From Rebecca billardiae RCC1528 (Eukaryota > Protista > Haptophyta): a stretch of 64,000 bases of DNA. A model generated the notes under the pieces. The model did not search any database and was not told the origin of the DNA. It was given only the letters and a program-made list of their open reading frames with translations. This document shows, one piece after another, positions 1 to 12,388 of the stretch. Both the position numbers and the translations under genes were made by a program. The DNA lies in contig OZ251234.1 in NCBI GenBank assembly GCA_965240325.2, positions 744,001-808,000 on the forward strand. Direction: 5' to 3'. How positions within the stretch are numbered: the first letter of the stretch is position 1; each line of letters opens with the position of its first letter.

Positions 1-222
1 AAGCGGTACAGAAACGCTGCGCGCTGTCACACGGGCACGGCCCCACTGCTGCCACAGCGGCACAGCGGCACCGAGTGGCCAGTGGGGCTCTGACCCCTCT
101 AGATCATTTGACGACGATATAGATATATATCTGTGACATAGGCGCCTGAGATTGACACTGCGGAGACGGAGTCGGTGGTTATTTACTACGGCATATAGGT
201 GCCGTCGGAGTGATGATGATGA

Positions 223-3200
223 TCAAACGTTGTCCGCGATGGCGCGCCTGATCTTGCGCATCAGTGTGTTGGCGAACATGCGCGCCGTGGCATCCGCGCG
301 TGACGTCAGCGGCGGCATGAGCGGCGGCAGCCACGATTCGCCGTCGCCGTCGCCGAGTCCCGCCGCCGCGGCGAGCGCCGCAGCGTCGCGCACGGGGCCA
401 AAGCCTCGGGCGAGGGCCACGCTGAGCTGCTCCAGCAGCGCCGTCGTGGCGCCGTGCACCGCGTACATGTTGAACGGCGGCGCGTCGTCGGCCGTCTGCG
501 CGCGCGCGACCGTGCCGTTGGCGGTCACGCGGTGCAGCCGCACCAGCGCCTCGACCCACGCGCCCTGCGTCGCGCGCTCGAGCTCCTCGAGGTGCGCGGC
601 GGCGCGTGGAGCGGGCGGCGCGGCGGCGGCGCGGCGCGGCGGCTCGAGCAGCGGGCGCAGCACGCACGCGCTCACGCGCGCGAGCAGGTGCGCGGAGGAC
701 TGCACGCTCAGCGCGCCGCGGTGCTCCTCGCGCACGTCCAGCGCGTACCACGGCAGCAGCTGCTGCTCCAGCAGCGGCACGACTGCGCCGCCACTGGGGC
801 CGGTGGCCGCGCCCGCGCCGCCGCCGCCCACCGCCGCAAACTCTGCGCCCGGCGCCGCCGGCGTGGGCGCGAGCGCGTCAGCGGCTGCCGCCTCCTCGGC
901 CTCGTCATCGTCGTGGTCGGCTCGCGCCCAGCCGGGCGCACGCGTCGCGGCCTCCGTGTCGAGCCAGCCCAGCAGGTCCGTCCACGCCAGCTGCTCCACG
1001 TCCGTAAGCAGCCCGATCAGCTTGGCGCGCCGCCTGAGCGCGGCCTGTACCCACTCGGCATAAGGCGTGAGGAGCCCCCACTTGTACACCGGGTCGTTGA
1101 ACGTCGCCGCGCGCGGGAGGAGCTCGGCCGGCGGCAGCGCGAGCTCGCGGTCGGTGAGCAGCGCGCACGCGCCGTCGAGCGCGCGCGCGCGCGCGCGCGG
1201 CGCGATCGGCGCGGAGAGCGCCGCGCGGTCGGTGCGGTTGTACCGGAGGCCGCGCGCGTGCTGGGCGTAGACGGGCGCGCACGTGCCCCACAGCCGGCCG
1301 AGCGCGCTGGTGGCCGTGGCGTGGACGCGCTCGTACTGGCGCAGCCAGACCGTGTCGTGCGGCTCGGCCCACTCCACCGCCGCGCGCACGAGCCGCTGCG
1401 CCATCTTCGCCTGCCCCGCGCACCAGCGCACCGGGTCGGCGGTGAGGTCGTAGCGCATGGCCATCGGGTCGTGCGACGCGCTGGCGTCGCCGTCGTCTGC
1501 GCGGTCGAGCTCGCGCGGCCGCGCGGCGACCTCGGCGGCGATGGCGAGCAGCGCGGCGTGGCGCTCGTCGTGCGTGCCCGCGGGCAGCTCCGCGTACCCG
1601 TACCGGATCGCAAACTCGTCGTACGGCCCGATGCGCTCCATGAAGTACGCACCCTGCGCCGCTGCGTCCTCGGCCACCACCGGGGGTACGTAGTCCATCA
1701 CGGACGAGGCGACCAGCCCCGTCTGCTTGGAGCGCGCGTGAATCTCGTCCGGGCCGTACAGCGCGCTCGCCTTGAAGTTGTGCCGCAGCCCCAGCGTGTG
1801 CCCCACCTCGTGCGCCACCACGTCCGTCAGCCCCTGCGCGATGAACTCCGACGGCACGGGGGCGCCCGGCCGCAGGCTGCCGCGCGCCAGCAGCTGCGCG
1901 TGCAGCAGCGCGAGAGGCGCGTCCGCCGAGCGCTCGCACGCGGGCGGGCGGCCGCGGCGCCGCGCGCCGCGCTGCTCGTGCGCGTGCGCGTGGGCAGCGT
2001 GCTCCGCGTGCTCCCCGTGCGCCAGCCCGAGCGTCGCCTGATCGAGCCACGAGCCGCGCAGCGCGCGCACCCAGCCCTCCCCGAACACGATATTCGCGTA
2101 CAGGATCTCGCCCGATCTCGGGTCGACGTGGCTGGGGCCGATCGCCAGGCCGAGCTTGGGGTACGGCAGCCACGTGATCGAGCTGAAGCGGATGTCGCCC
2201 GAATCGTAGTCCGCCGGCCACGCCGGGTCGTCCGGCGTGAGCACCAGCACCGCGCCCTCGTATCCGAGCTTGTCGAAGGCCCGGTTCCAGCTGAGCGCGC
2301 CCGCGCGCACGGGCGCCCACAGCGGCCGCGGCACCGTCGGGTCGATGTGGAAGGTGATGGCGCGGACGGGCGGCGAGCGCGCGCGCTCGGGGTGCTTCTT
2401 CGCGAGGCGCCACCGGTTGATGATGTTCACGCGGTGGTCCGCGTCCGCCTCGACCACGCGCGACGGCTCGCCGCCCGGCGAGACGCCACTCGACCAGAGC
2501 ACGTCGTCCGCGGCGGCGGCCGAGCCGGCCGCGGCCGCGCTCGGCGCGCTGCGCTCGGCCGCGGCCGCGGCCGCGGCGGCGCTGAGGTTGCGCGGGAGCG
2601 GGCCGATCTGCGTGAACGTCTGCCCAAAGTACCCCACGCGGTCGTCCGCGCGGCGCGGCTCCATCACCTCCTCGCCCTGCGGCAGGAACGCGAGCGAGAT
2701 GTGCAGCTCGATGGCGGCGGTGCGGTCGTCCTCAGCCGAGTACTCGGTGCGAAGATCGTCAGACTTGTCTGGCTCGGCGAGCTCGCCGCACACGACGACG
2801 AAGAGGAGGTTGCGCTCGAACGCGCGCGCGCGGACGAGCCGGAGCCGCTGCGGCGCGCACTCCTCCTTCATGTCCACCACGCTCGCCCCGCCCATCACCC
2901 AGCTGAAGAGGTCGACGACGACGACGGGCGCGCTGCCGTTGCGCAGCGCGCTCGAGTTCACGCGCGGGTCCGAAGCGTTCGCCGCGGCCGCCGCCGCCTC
3001 GGACGGGGGCCACAGCTCGATCTTGCTGCCGTTGTCTGCGGAGGTGCACACGCTCGCGCGCAGCGCCGCCTCCCACCCCACGTTTGCGTTCCCCTCGCGC
3101 TGCGCCTCCGCATACGCCGCCGATCCCGCGCGGATCGCCAGCTGTGGGCGCACGATGTCGAGCGCGGGCTTGTGCGGGTGCGGCCGCAGCACAAAGTAGT

Positions 3201-4017
3201 TGTCGCCGTCGCCCACGCCGTAGTGGAGGTAGGCGGACTCGAGGCCGGAGACCCTGCCCGCCGTGCCGAGGATCGTGAACGGCGCCTCGAGCGAGCTCAC
3301 CGGGATGGCTGCATACAGCAGGTCGGCTGTATAATTCACGAGCAGGGACCACGGCGCGGGGCCGGCGCCGTCGGCGCGCGAGCCGTTGGCGCCGCCGCGG
3401 TCGAGCACGAGCAGCTCGTCCGCCGCGACGCACGGGGGCGGTGTGTGCGGGCCGTCGGCATCCGCGCCGTCCAGCGGCTCGGTGGCATTGGCCGAGCTGC
3501 TGTTGCCCGCGCTCGCACTGTCACTTGCTGCACCGTGCGCACTCGAGCCCGCGAGCTGCGCTGAGTGGTTGGTGGCGTCCCCGGCTGCAGGCGTCACGGC
3601 CCCGGCCGTGCTCGCGGCCGACGACGGGGCGTCGGCGCGTGGCAGCGCCGCGGCAACGATCGCCGTCGTCGCCGCGGCCGTCAGCTCCTCCACGGCGGCG
3701 GCGGTCGCGTTGGACGACGCCGCGATGCGGCCAAGGACGGTGTTGATCATCTCGCCGCGCTCGAGCGCGAGCGTCGTGGACCAGCCCCAGGCGGCGGTGC
3801 CGACGATGATTGCCACCACGGCGCAGAGCGCGAGCGGCGTGCGGCAGCGCTGCGGTCGGCTCACGCGGCGGCGGAGCGGCAGCATCGCGTGATCAGATCT
3901 GGCGTCCGCGTCGATTCGCTCGTCCTCGACGTGCTGCATCTCGTAGGGCGACGCGAGCGGCCGGTCGGTGCCGCTTCCGCGACTGTCGTCGAGCTCCGAC
4001 GACTCAGCGGCTCCCAT
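223..4017 (-). CDS. Membrane-anchored zinc metalloprotease, EcxA/DUF4953 (Met-zincin) type with DUF5117-like region
   Basis: 1264-aa ORF; HEVGHTLGLRHNF zinc motif, SSVMDY Met-turn, PRRADDRVGYF, INRWRL, VDPRSGEIL and IGPYDEFAIRYGY family motifs; N-terminal hydrophobic helix LALCAVVAIIVGTAAWGW. Confidence 0.9.
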   Translation of the reverse strand: MGAAESSELDDSRGSGTDRPLASPYEMQHVEDERIDADARSDHAMLPLRRRVSRPQRCRTPLALCAVVAIIVGTAAWGWSTTLALERGEMINTVLGRIAASSNATAAAVEELTAAATTAIVAAALPRADAPSSAASTAGAVTPAAGDATNHSAQLAGSSAHGAASDSASAGNSSSANATEPLDGADADGPHTPPPCVAADELLVLDRGGANGSRADGAGPAPWSLLVNYTADLLYAAIPVSSLEAPFTILGTAGRVSGLESAYLHYGVGDGDNYFVLRPHPHKPALDIVRPQLAIRAGSAAYAEAQREGNANVGWEAALRASVCTSADNGSKIELWPPSEAAAAAANASDPRVNSSALRNGSAPVVVVDLFSWVMGGASVVDMKEECAPQRLRLVRARAFERNLLFVVVCGELAEPDKSDDLRTEYSAEDDRTAAIELHISLAFLPQGEEVMEPRRADDRVGYFGQTFTQIGPLPRNLSAAAAAAAAERSAPSAAAAGSAAAADDVLWSSGVSPGGEPSRVVEADADHRVNIINRWRLAKKHPERARSPPVRAITFHIDPTVPRPLWAPVRAGALSWNRAFDKLGYEGAVLVLTPDDPAWPADYDSGDIRFSSITWLPYPKLGLAIGPSHVDPRSGEILYANIVFGEGWVRALRGSWLDQATLGLAHGEHAEHAAHAHAHEQRGARRRGRPPACERSADAPLALLHAQLLARGSLRPGAPVPSEFIAQGLTDVVAHEVGHTLGLRHNFKASALYGPDEIHARSKQTGLVASSVMDYVPPVVAEDAAAQGAYFMERIGPYDEFAIRYGYAELPAGTHDERHAALLAIAAEVAARPRELDRADDGDASASHDPMAMRYDLTADPVRWCAGQAKMAQRLVRAAVEWAEPHDTVWLRQYERVHATATSALGRLWGTCAPVYAQHARGLRYNRTDRAALSAPIAPRARARALDGACALLTDRELALPPAELLPRAATFNDPVYKWGLLTPYAEWVQAALRRRAKLIGLLTDVEQLAWTDLLGWLDTEAATRAPGWARADHDDDEAEEAAAADALAPTPAAPGAEFAAVGGGGAGAATGPSGGAVVPLLEQQLLPWYALDVREEHRGALSVQSSAHLLARVSACVLRPLLEPPRRAAAAPPAPRAAAHLEELERATQGAWVEALVRLHRVTANGTVARAQTADDAPPFNMYAVHGATTALLEQLSVALARGFGPVRDAAALAAAAGLGDGDGESWLPPLMPPLTSRADATARMFANTLMRKIRRAIADNV

Positions 4018-4251
4018 GGAAGCGGGCGCGCCCGCGCCCGCGCTCTCCTCGTCTGCCCGCGGGGGGTCGATGGTGCTGGGACGTGGCCCCGTTGGGTCGT
4101 CGCAGCAGAGCTCGTGCTGGCTCGTGCGAGTTGAGCGGCAGCGCCCATTTTATTCTGGCATCATTTTCGTCCGCCCTTTATTTGACCCGATGATACGGCC
4201 GGCCGGGGCGGCGAGGGCGCGGCGGGCGGGCGCAGGGCGGTGGCCTCGGCC

Positions 4252-4922
4252 ATGGAGGACGTGGAAGTGTCCCTGCAGCCGCTGCTCCTCTCCGATGCGC
4301 CGTATAAGACGTGGCTCGGCGAGCTCCCTCCCGAGCAGGTGCCGCGACTAGACACGGCGGGCGTCGTCGACGAGCTCGCCAACATGTTCCCGATGATCGA
4401 TCGAGACGTGATCGAGGCAGTCGCCGAATCCTCGGACAACAGCCTCGAGCGCGCCCTCGAGCAGCTGCTTGCCATCTCAGACGACCAGCCGGCGTCTGCG
4501 GCCGCACTGTCGGGCGTGGATGGGCTCTTAGACGAGGACCGTCAGATCAAGGAGGACGAGCTCCTTGCTCTCCAGCTCTACCAGCAGTTTGCAGCAGAGG
4601 ACCGCGCGCGCAGCAGTGGCGCGGTGGGTGGGGTCACACGCTCCAACGCGGAGCGCATGTTTGAGGCGATCCAGCAGGAGGGCTCTGAGGCCCACGCTCA
4701 GTTTCAGCAGCAGCCCGAGGGCGTGCGCGAAGCGCTCTTAAAGCAGCTCACACGGATGCGTGCCAAGCACGCAAGCTCGGGCATCAAAGGTGCGAGCCCG
4801 CTGATCTCAGCCCCACCGCCGCGACCACCTGCTCGCGTCCTCACCACCCGCCCCCCTGCGCCCACGGGTGCGGGTGCACAGGTGACGGGACGCTGAACAG
4901 GTCACTGCTCGAAGAAGGATGA
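4252..4922 (+). CDS. CUE-domain (ubiquitin-binding) protein; exons 4252-4789 and 4882-4922
   Basis: LANMFPMIDRDVIEAVAESSDNSLERALEQLL matches the CUE MFP...LL signature; QIKEDELLALQL follows; a GT..AG intron at 4790-4881 gives C-terminus KGDGTLNRSLLEEG*. Confidence 0.8.
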
Positions 4923-5715
4923 CTCTCTCTCGCCGCAGGCCCATCGTGCTGGGCATGACCTGTGTCCCCATGTATCATTATGACTGCCGCATTCCACTAC
5001 TGAGTGCTGCACGTACTTGCTCACGGTTCCAACTTCCAACCACACAGCCTGCGTCTGCATTGGCGGCGTGGCCCGGGCGTGGATGGAATATCACTCGCAT
5101 CGCAGGACTGTGCCGCCTCGATCTTCATCATGCTACTGGTGCTGCATCCTCTGAAGCACTGCCACCATTGTGGCCCGGGTCGTCTACGGCTATGCAAACG
5201 CGGTGTAAGACGCGGACGAAATAAATCAGACGAATTACTCATCATGGACACGTCGAATAATCGATCTACTCAAGTCTACTGCTGGCCGTCTGCGCTGCTG
5301 CAGCAGCCGCAGGCCGGCGTGTGCGCAATATGAATAATATATAGAGAGAGATCGACAAGAGCCAAGAACTGCTCGATTATCGTGCCAGACGACTGACGTA
5401 GTGACGAGAGCGGAGAGCGAGCCGTACCGCGGGCGTACGGTCGTACGGAGAGAGAGAGAGACGGAGAGAGAGAGATGAGAGATCGAGTAGTAGCCGCATC
5501 AGTAGTCGTCAATAATATAGTACGTACCGCCGCCAGTCGGCGCTGATGACTACGGTCGTAGCAGCTTAAATTACGACAGCAGCAGATTCGATCGATCGTC
5601 ATGCGCATCCGATACTTGGAACTAACTACTCAGTCAGTCAATAAGCAAGTAGGCCGCCGTAGGCGCATCACTTCAGACTACCACGAACGATGATCGATCG
5701 AGTCGTCATCATGGC

Positions 5716-7407
5716 GGCCCGCGGTGCAGGGCGGAGCGCGCAGCGTGGAGCCCGCACCAGCGGGCCCGAACCACGTTTCAAAAAGATCTTTGATCAAAGA
5801 AAAAAGGGACGGGGGACGATTTTCAGGGCTGGAGGAGACCGAGTTTCGAATTTTGAGACTCCCTTACAGGTGCATCCTCGTCGAAAAAGGACGCGTCCGC
5901 CGTCTTGAATAGTGAACAGAGGAATCAACGAAACCCAGTACCCACGCCCAAGTGTGCGAGGGTGAGTAATTACGGGTGGACTCAGTCGTTCATGTGTGAC
6001 CATAGTAAATAAATATGGGCCTCGCCGCCGCAAGAACGACTCTCACCAACTCCAATACTGCGAGACATTGAAAAAATACCCGCAGCTATTCGTCGCCAGC
6101 CCATTTCATAGTCACTGATCGACGCACCGAGCTGGCGAGCCTCAAAACTCGCCGTCGTCGCAAGGCAGCAGGTTTGACTTTGAGCCCGTTGGCGGAGGTG
6201 CCAGCGCCGCGCGACTCTCGCCTCCAAGCAAGGGCGGGCGATGGGCAGGTGCGCGCGGCCAGTGGCGCCTGGAGCGCGCGTCTGCGGCGGGTCCCGACGG
6301 CCGTCGACATCGTGTTCGTGCCCCGCTCACTAGTCACTCCGCGCGCCCCTGCCGCCCTGTCGATGCCTGCGCGGCCGGGGCCGCGCGTCAGCGCAGCCGC
6401 CGCCCTTTGTTCGGGCTCTCGCAAGCTCGGGGGCAGCGGCGCCTGACTGATGCCGGACTGATCGATCTCTGAGTCTCCGACTTCACCACACGCCCCCTTG
6501 TCATGCCTCTCCGCCAGGGTCTCCCAGAACTCTTCTTCAGAGCAGGCGCGCCAACCCGAATCCATCGATCTGTTCCGTGCCGCCGGCGTGCCGGCACTCT
6601 CGGCCCGCGCCGGCAAGTCTGTCTGCAGCGCTGGACGGGCGTCCATCGATCTGTTCCGTGCCGGCACTCTCGGCCCGCGCCGGCAAGTCTGTCTGCAGCG
6701 CTGGACGGGCGGACCTAGGAGGACGAGCTGCGGCGCGGACGACGGTGGTGCGCGACGTCCCCAGAGCTGGCCGTGCCTCTGCGACGCGTGCCGAGCCTGA
6801 CCGAGGTGTGTCACCCCGTGACCCCGTGCAGTGCAACCGCGGCGTGCGGAGTGAATAACAATCACCGGTGCCCTCGCACCTCGGCACACACAGTGCTCCC
6901 TCTGGCTGTCTGCTCCGCGTGGCCTGGCGTGCACGTAGATAGAGTTGCGCTCGTGCGTCGATCACGCCTCGCGCCCGCCTGTCGGCCGTCGCGCAGGCGC
7001 TGGTCGAACCCTACTCGGACCAGTGCAAATCATCTACTCCTGGCGCTGCCCGGCGGCGCGCGGTGACGACAGACAGCGCGGTCAGCAGCAGCGGCCCGAA
7101 CGAATCCGCCCGCACCGTGTTCCCTGGCTGTCAGCTCCACGTTAGGCCTGGCGTGCACGTGGAGTCGCGCTCATGCGTCGAAGTCACGCCTCGTCGCATC
7201 CGCCTGTACACAATCCGGGCGCCGGCGCCGGCGGCTGCGATGGGCCCGCGCCCGGCGCCGGCACCGGGGCGCAGCGGCGCGCCGCTGGAGTCTAGTTGTA
7301 CGGGCATGCAACTGGTCTGTCAATAGACGACTGCGACGGAGGGTGCACCGCCACCGCGGGCCCCGAACTACGTTCGTTCTACGGAAAAGGACCGCGGAAC
7401 GCGGTCA
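5716..7407 (+). mobile_element. Helentron/HINE-like non-autonomous element, copy A
   Basis: 5' GGCCCGCGGTGCAGGGC..GCCCGCACCAGCGGGCC stem-loop; 3' inverted ..CACCGCGGGCC followed by GACCGCG-GAA-CGCGGTC hairpin (7390-7406); internal duplications at about 6561-6710 and 6898-6970/7122-7195. Confidence 0.7.
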
Positions 7408-8068
7408 TATGCTATGCGTCATCATATATCATCGACACCGGTGAGATTGACAATATGGCTCATATTATTCTGCTGATTCAGGCACCGTGTCGCCCTCTGC
7501 TCAGTGTCTGTCACCGTCTGCTCATCACTCATCACGGTGACACTGACTGACAGTGAGTGTAAGTTCCGGGGCCGGGCGGCAAGGCTTCGTCGTCGACACG
7601 TCGTAGCTACTAGCTTAAAGTTCTGCTATATATACGTAGTCTAAGCAGGTAGTCACGTCGCCGGCGCGGCCTGTACGTGCGCGCCTTATATATAGGCTTA
7701 TTCCGTGCTTGATGATGATATAGTACTGCGCATATGATAGTCGTGATGATTACTGACGACGACTACGATTGATTGCCCCAGCCTTCGTCACCGTTACTCG
7801 TTAGTGAAGCCTGGCCGGCGGGCGTCACATCGAACGGTGCTGGCACTTCCGAAGCCTTCGTCAGTGGCGCGGCAACTTAAACATCGGTCGGATGATCGTA
7901 TATATATATATATATGCATGCACGACTTTGCACGACAGCATGTGATGATGTCGATGACGACGACAGGCATGACAGCAGTCGTCATCATTAGCAGCTCCCA
8001 GCCCCGCTTCAACGCCTCCGCGCCGTCGAGCCGCGGCGTGGTGACTGACCACCAGCAGCCAGCAGCGC

Positions 8069-10463
8069 TCACAGCAGCTCCTCGCCAGTCAGGGGCGGTG
8101 GTGGCTCCCGCACTAGCGCCACAGCCGCAGCGCCAGCGCGGCGTGCCGATGGCGGCGGCGAGATGGCCGGCGCATGAGCGCGCGCCCGCTGAGGGGCCAT
8201 GGCCCTTGCCGTGAGCCTTGCCGCCAAGGCAAACCCCAGCGCCAACCCCACGGCGCTCACGAGCACAGCGGGGGCGCGCGACGCGCGCGTGCTCGCCTGG
8301 CGCGCGGCTGGCAGCGCGGCCGGGGCGCCGGCTCGGCGGATGCGCGCGGCCGGGGCAGCAGGCGCGTCGCAGGTGCCGACGTCGACGTCCGGCGGCACGC
8401 CCGCCGCGCTGGAGCTCCCTGCGTCGGGGTCGAAGTTGGCGAACTGGTCGGTGCGGCCGCCGTAGCCGAGGTTGCCAGACTCGTCGCGCCCGTAGCACTT
8501 GAGCCCGCCGTCGTCGAGCACCGCGCAGAGCGAGTGCCGGCCGAGGGCAACGTCCACGACCGAGCGCTGGCCCGTGTGCAACGGCGTGCGCAGCTGGAGC
8601 AGGGCGGCCGCCGCGGTGCGGTTGGGGTGCGGCAGCGCCTTGTGGTGCCGCGCAATCTCGACGTGTTCCTCGCCGTGTGAGTCCGCGTCCTCGAACATCG
8701 AGCCCCGAGGCGGCGGGAACGGCCAGCAGTGCAGGTCGCTGCCACCGGCAGCGCGGCTGACGATCGCGCACGCGAAGTAGCCGTCCGGCGCGGCGCGCAC
8801 GGCCTCGACGCGCGCGCCGCCCCGCGCGGCGCGGGGCGGGGCCAGCTTGATCGGAGGGAGGTGGTCGCCGAGCGAGCCCGGCCGCGTGCCGCGCGGCGCG
8901 GTGTCGCCCTGCCCGAGCTGCCCCCACGCGTTGGCGCCCCAGCAGAACGCGAGCCTCGGCCCCTCCGCCCCACCGGCCGGCTGCTGCGCGCCCCCGCCCC
9001 CCTCCGCGTCAGGCTGCGCGACCGCACACGTGAAGTGCTTGCCCGCTGACAGCTGCAGCACGCTCAGGGGCGTGCGCGTGACGACGGGCAGACGGTGCGG
9101 GTCAAGCTCGAGCGCCGCGCCCAGCGGCTCGTCGCGCCGGTCCCGGCCGAGGTGCACGGCGGGCAGCAGGTCGCCCATCTGGCCCCGGAAGCCGCCGCGG
9201 TGCCTCAGGTCTTCGTACCCGAGCTCACCCCAGCCGTTGGCGCCCCAGCACTTGGCGACGGCGCGCGGGAGGAGCGCCGACCAGCGCGAGGGCTGCTGCA
9301 CGATGGCGCACGAGTGGTGCCCGCCCACGCTCACGCCGAGCGCCTCAGCGCCGTCGCCGAGGTCGACGGCGGGCAGCCCGACGCCCATCTCCGCGGGGAA
9401 GTCCCCGCGGTGCTCCGCGTCGCCCAGCCCGAGCTGGCCCCACTCGTTGCCGCCGAAGCACTTGACGCGCTTGGTGGACAGCAGCGTGCACACGTGCGTG
9501 TGCGAGCTGGCTGAGACTGCCACCGCCACCGCGCCGTGGCCGAGGTTGATCGGCTTGAGCGCGCGGCCCATCTCGGCGGCGCTCTCGCCGACCGAGGCCG
9601 TCGCGAAGCCCACGCCCGTCTGCCCATGCACGGCCGCGCCCCAGCAGCGCAGCTGGCCTCCAGTGTCCAGGGCGCACGTGTGCTCGTCGCCCGCGGAGAC
9701 GGCACGCACGCGCACGCCGCTGCCGAGGTCGACTGGCGGCACCGCGGCGAGCCACGCGTCCCGCTCCGACGGCAGGGCCGCGGCGCGGCGGCGCGTGAAC
9801 CACGAGGCCGCCGGGCGCTGCGGCTGCGGCAGCATGCTGCCGCTGCCCAGCTGGCCCTTGCCTCCACAGCCCCAGCAGCGGAGCGCGCCGCCCGCGCCGA
9901 CGGCGCCGACGGCTGCACTCTCGCGCGCGTGCACGCCGCACTCAAGGACCGCGCAAGTGTGGCAGTCTCCGAGCGCGATCGAGCCGACGCGCGAGACGGC
10001 CGGCTCCGCCTCCACCAGCTCTCCGATGAAGAGCGGCGGCGACGAGGGCGGCGGTGGGGCGGGCGGCGGGGAGGGCGGCGGGGGCGGCGAGGACGGCGGC
10101 GGCGGGGCGAAGGGAGGCGGCGGCGGCGCCGGCGGCGGCGGCGAGGCGGGCGGGTCGGGCGGCAGCGGCGGCGGCGGCGGCGGCGGCGAGGGCGAGGGCG
10201 GCGGCGGTGACGGCTGGTGCCGTTGCCACAGCTTGAGCTCATGCTGCCGCCGCCGCTCCTCGCGCCGCGAGCGCATCAGCGCCGCGTGCGTTGGCGGCCG
10301 CGGAGATGGCGGCGGCAGATGCGGCGGCAATGGCGGCGGCACGGGCGGCGGCGGGCTCCTTGGCGGCGGTCGTGGCGCGGGCGGCGGTCGCGGTTTGGGC
10401 GGCGGCGGCGACGCGGGCGGCGGCGAGCTCGGACGCGGCGGCGGCGAGGGCGGAGGCGGCGGC

Positions 10464-10500
<37 letters not shown>

Positions 10501-12356
10501 AGGGCGGCGGCGGCCGAGGCGGGCTGGGCGGCGGCGGCGCGGGCGAGGGCGGCGGCGGGCGGCTCGGCGGTAACGGAGGCGGCAATGCCGGCGGCGGCAC
10601 GGCCGGCGGCGGTGGCGAAGGCGGCGGCGGTGGCGAGGGCGAGGGCGGCGGGTGCTCAGGCGGCCACGGCGGCGGCGGCGAGGGCGAGGGCGGCGGCGGC
10701 GTCGGCGGCACCGGCGACTGCGGAGGGCTCGGAGGCGGGCGCGGCAGCGGCGGCGGCGGCGGTGAGTAGTGAGAGAAGAGCTCCAACGGCGAGTGCACAC
10801 CGCCCATCAGCGTGCGCAGGGAGAGCGAGACTGGGAACGGCGGCAACGGCGGCGGCGGCGGCGACTCGCGATCAGGCGGCGAGTGCGGCGGCGGCAGCGG
10901 CGGCAGCGGCGGCAGCGGCGGCAGCGGTGCGTGCACAAAGCCCCAGGTGCCGGGCACAATGCCGGTACGGCCGCCGCTGCTGCCGCCGCCGCCGCTGCGG
11001 CCGGAGCCACCGCCACCGCCGTGGCCGGTTCGGCTGCCGCCGTGACCGCCGCCGCCGCTGCTACCGTCGTGGTCGCCTCGGCTGCCGCCGTGCATGCCGC
11101 CCGCGCCTCCGTCGCCATGGCTGCCCGAATCACCGCCGCCGCCACCGCGAGTGGCGCCGCCAGCACCGCTGCCCACAAACCCGCTGTCGTCCGCTCCGCC
11201 GTGCGCGGGCCTAGCCCCTGAGCCCGCGCTCGGCGGCGGGAAGAAGGGGAACAGGAGCGGCGGTGGGCTGCGGGAGCCCGCCGACGACGCCGGGTGCGCA
11301 CCGCCGCTGCCACGGCCACCGCCACCTGTGACAGTCCCGCCGCCGCGGCCGCCGTCGCCGCCGCCGCGCCCACCGGAGCGCCACTGCCACGGCGGTGGCG
11401 CGTGCGGCGGCGGCGGCGGCGGCGGCGAGGGCGAGGGTGGTGGCGGCTGGGGCGGCGGGCTCGGCGGCGGCGGCGCGTGCGGCGTCGGCACCACCTCGCC
11501 GCCGATCAGCGTGTCGCCCCGCGTGCCCAGGCCCAGCAGCAGGGCGCTGAGCGAGGGCGGCAGCGCGGGCGGCGGCGAGTACTTGGGCGGCGGTGGGCTG
11601 AGGGCCGTCCAGGGGTGGTGCTGGTTGTGCAGCCGGTGCAGCATGGAGCCGAGCGAGCCCGCGCCGGCCGGCGGTGGGCTGGGCACGCCGCGCCAGTCGC
11701 CACCACCATCGCCATCGCCGCCGCCAGCGCCATCCTCGTCCGTGCCGTTGAGGCCTGCGCCTGCGCCGTCGTCGGCCGTCGCGGCTCCGCTCACGAACAG
11801 CATGATGATCGCGATCAGTATGGTGACGCACAGCGCGCAGCAGATGGCGGCGGCGATGATGAGGCTGCGCCGACGCTTCTTGCTCCTCGGATCCGCGCGC
11901 GCGGCCGCGCTCACGGGGGCAACCGAGCCGCCGCGCGCGTGCCGCGCGCTCGCGCGCGACAACAGCGCGGCCTCTGACATGGCCTTTGGCAGCGGCGGCG
12001 GTGGCGGCGGCTTGGGCGAGGGTGGGCCTGAGGTCACCAGGTCGACGCCGGTCGCTGCGGCCGTCGGCTTGGGCGGCGGCGGCGGCGGCGCGCCCAGCGA
12101 CGCGCAGGCGGCGGCGCCGCCGGCGCTGCTGCTCGAGCTGCCCGGCGCAGGCTTGGGCGGCGGCGGCGGCGGCCTTCTGGGCACCCCGTCTGCGCCCACC
12201 ACGACCACGCCTGTGACGGCGACTGCACCCGCAGCGCACGCTGCGTCGTCGGTCGGCAGCTCGGCCGCGGCGTGCTCGACCTCGAGCGCGCTCCCCTTGC
12301 GCGGCCCCTCGAGCGCGCCGCGCGCCGCCGTGGCCAGCAGAGCGCCACCGCCCACC

Positions 12357-12388
<32 letters not shown>

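Noticed and set aside
454-3564. Long antisense or alternative-frame ORFs (also 8847-10769, 15436-18227, 31129-33340)
   Set aside because: Shadow ORFs caused by extreme GC content opposite real genes; Arg/Ala/Gly-rich with no motifs.
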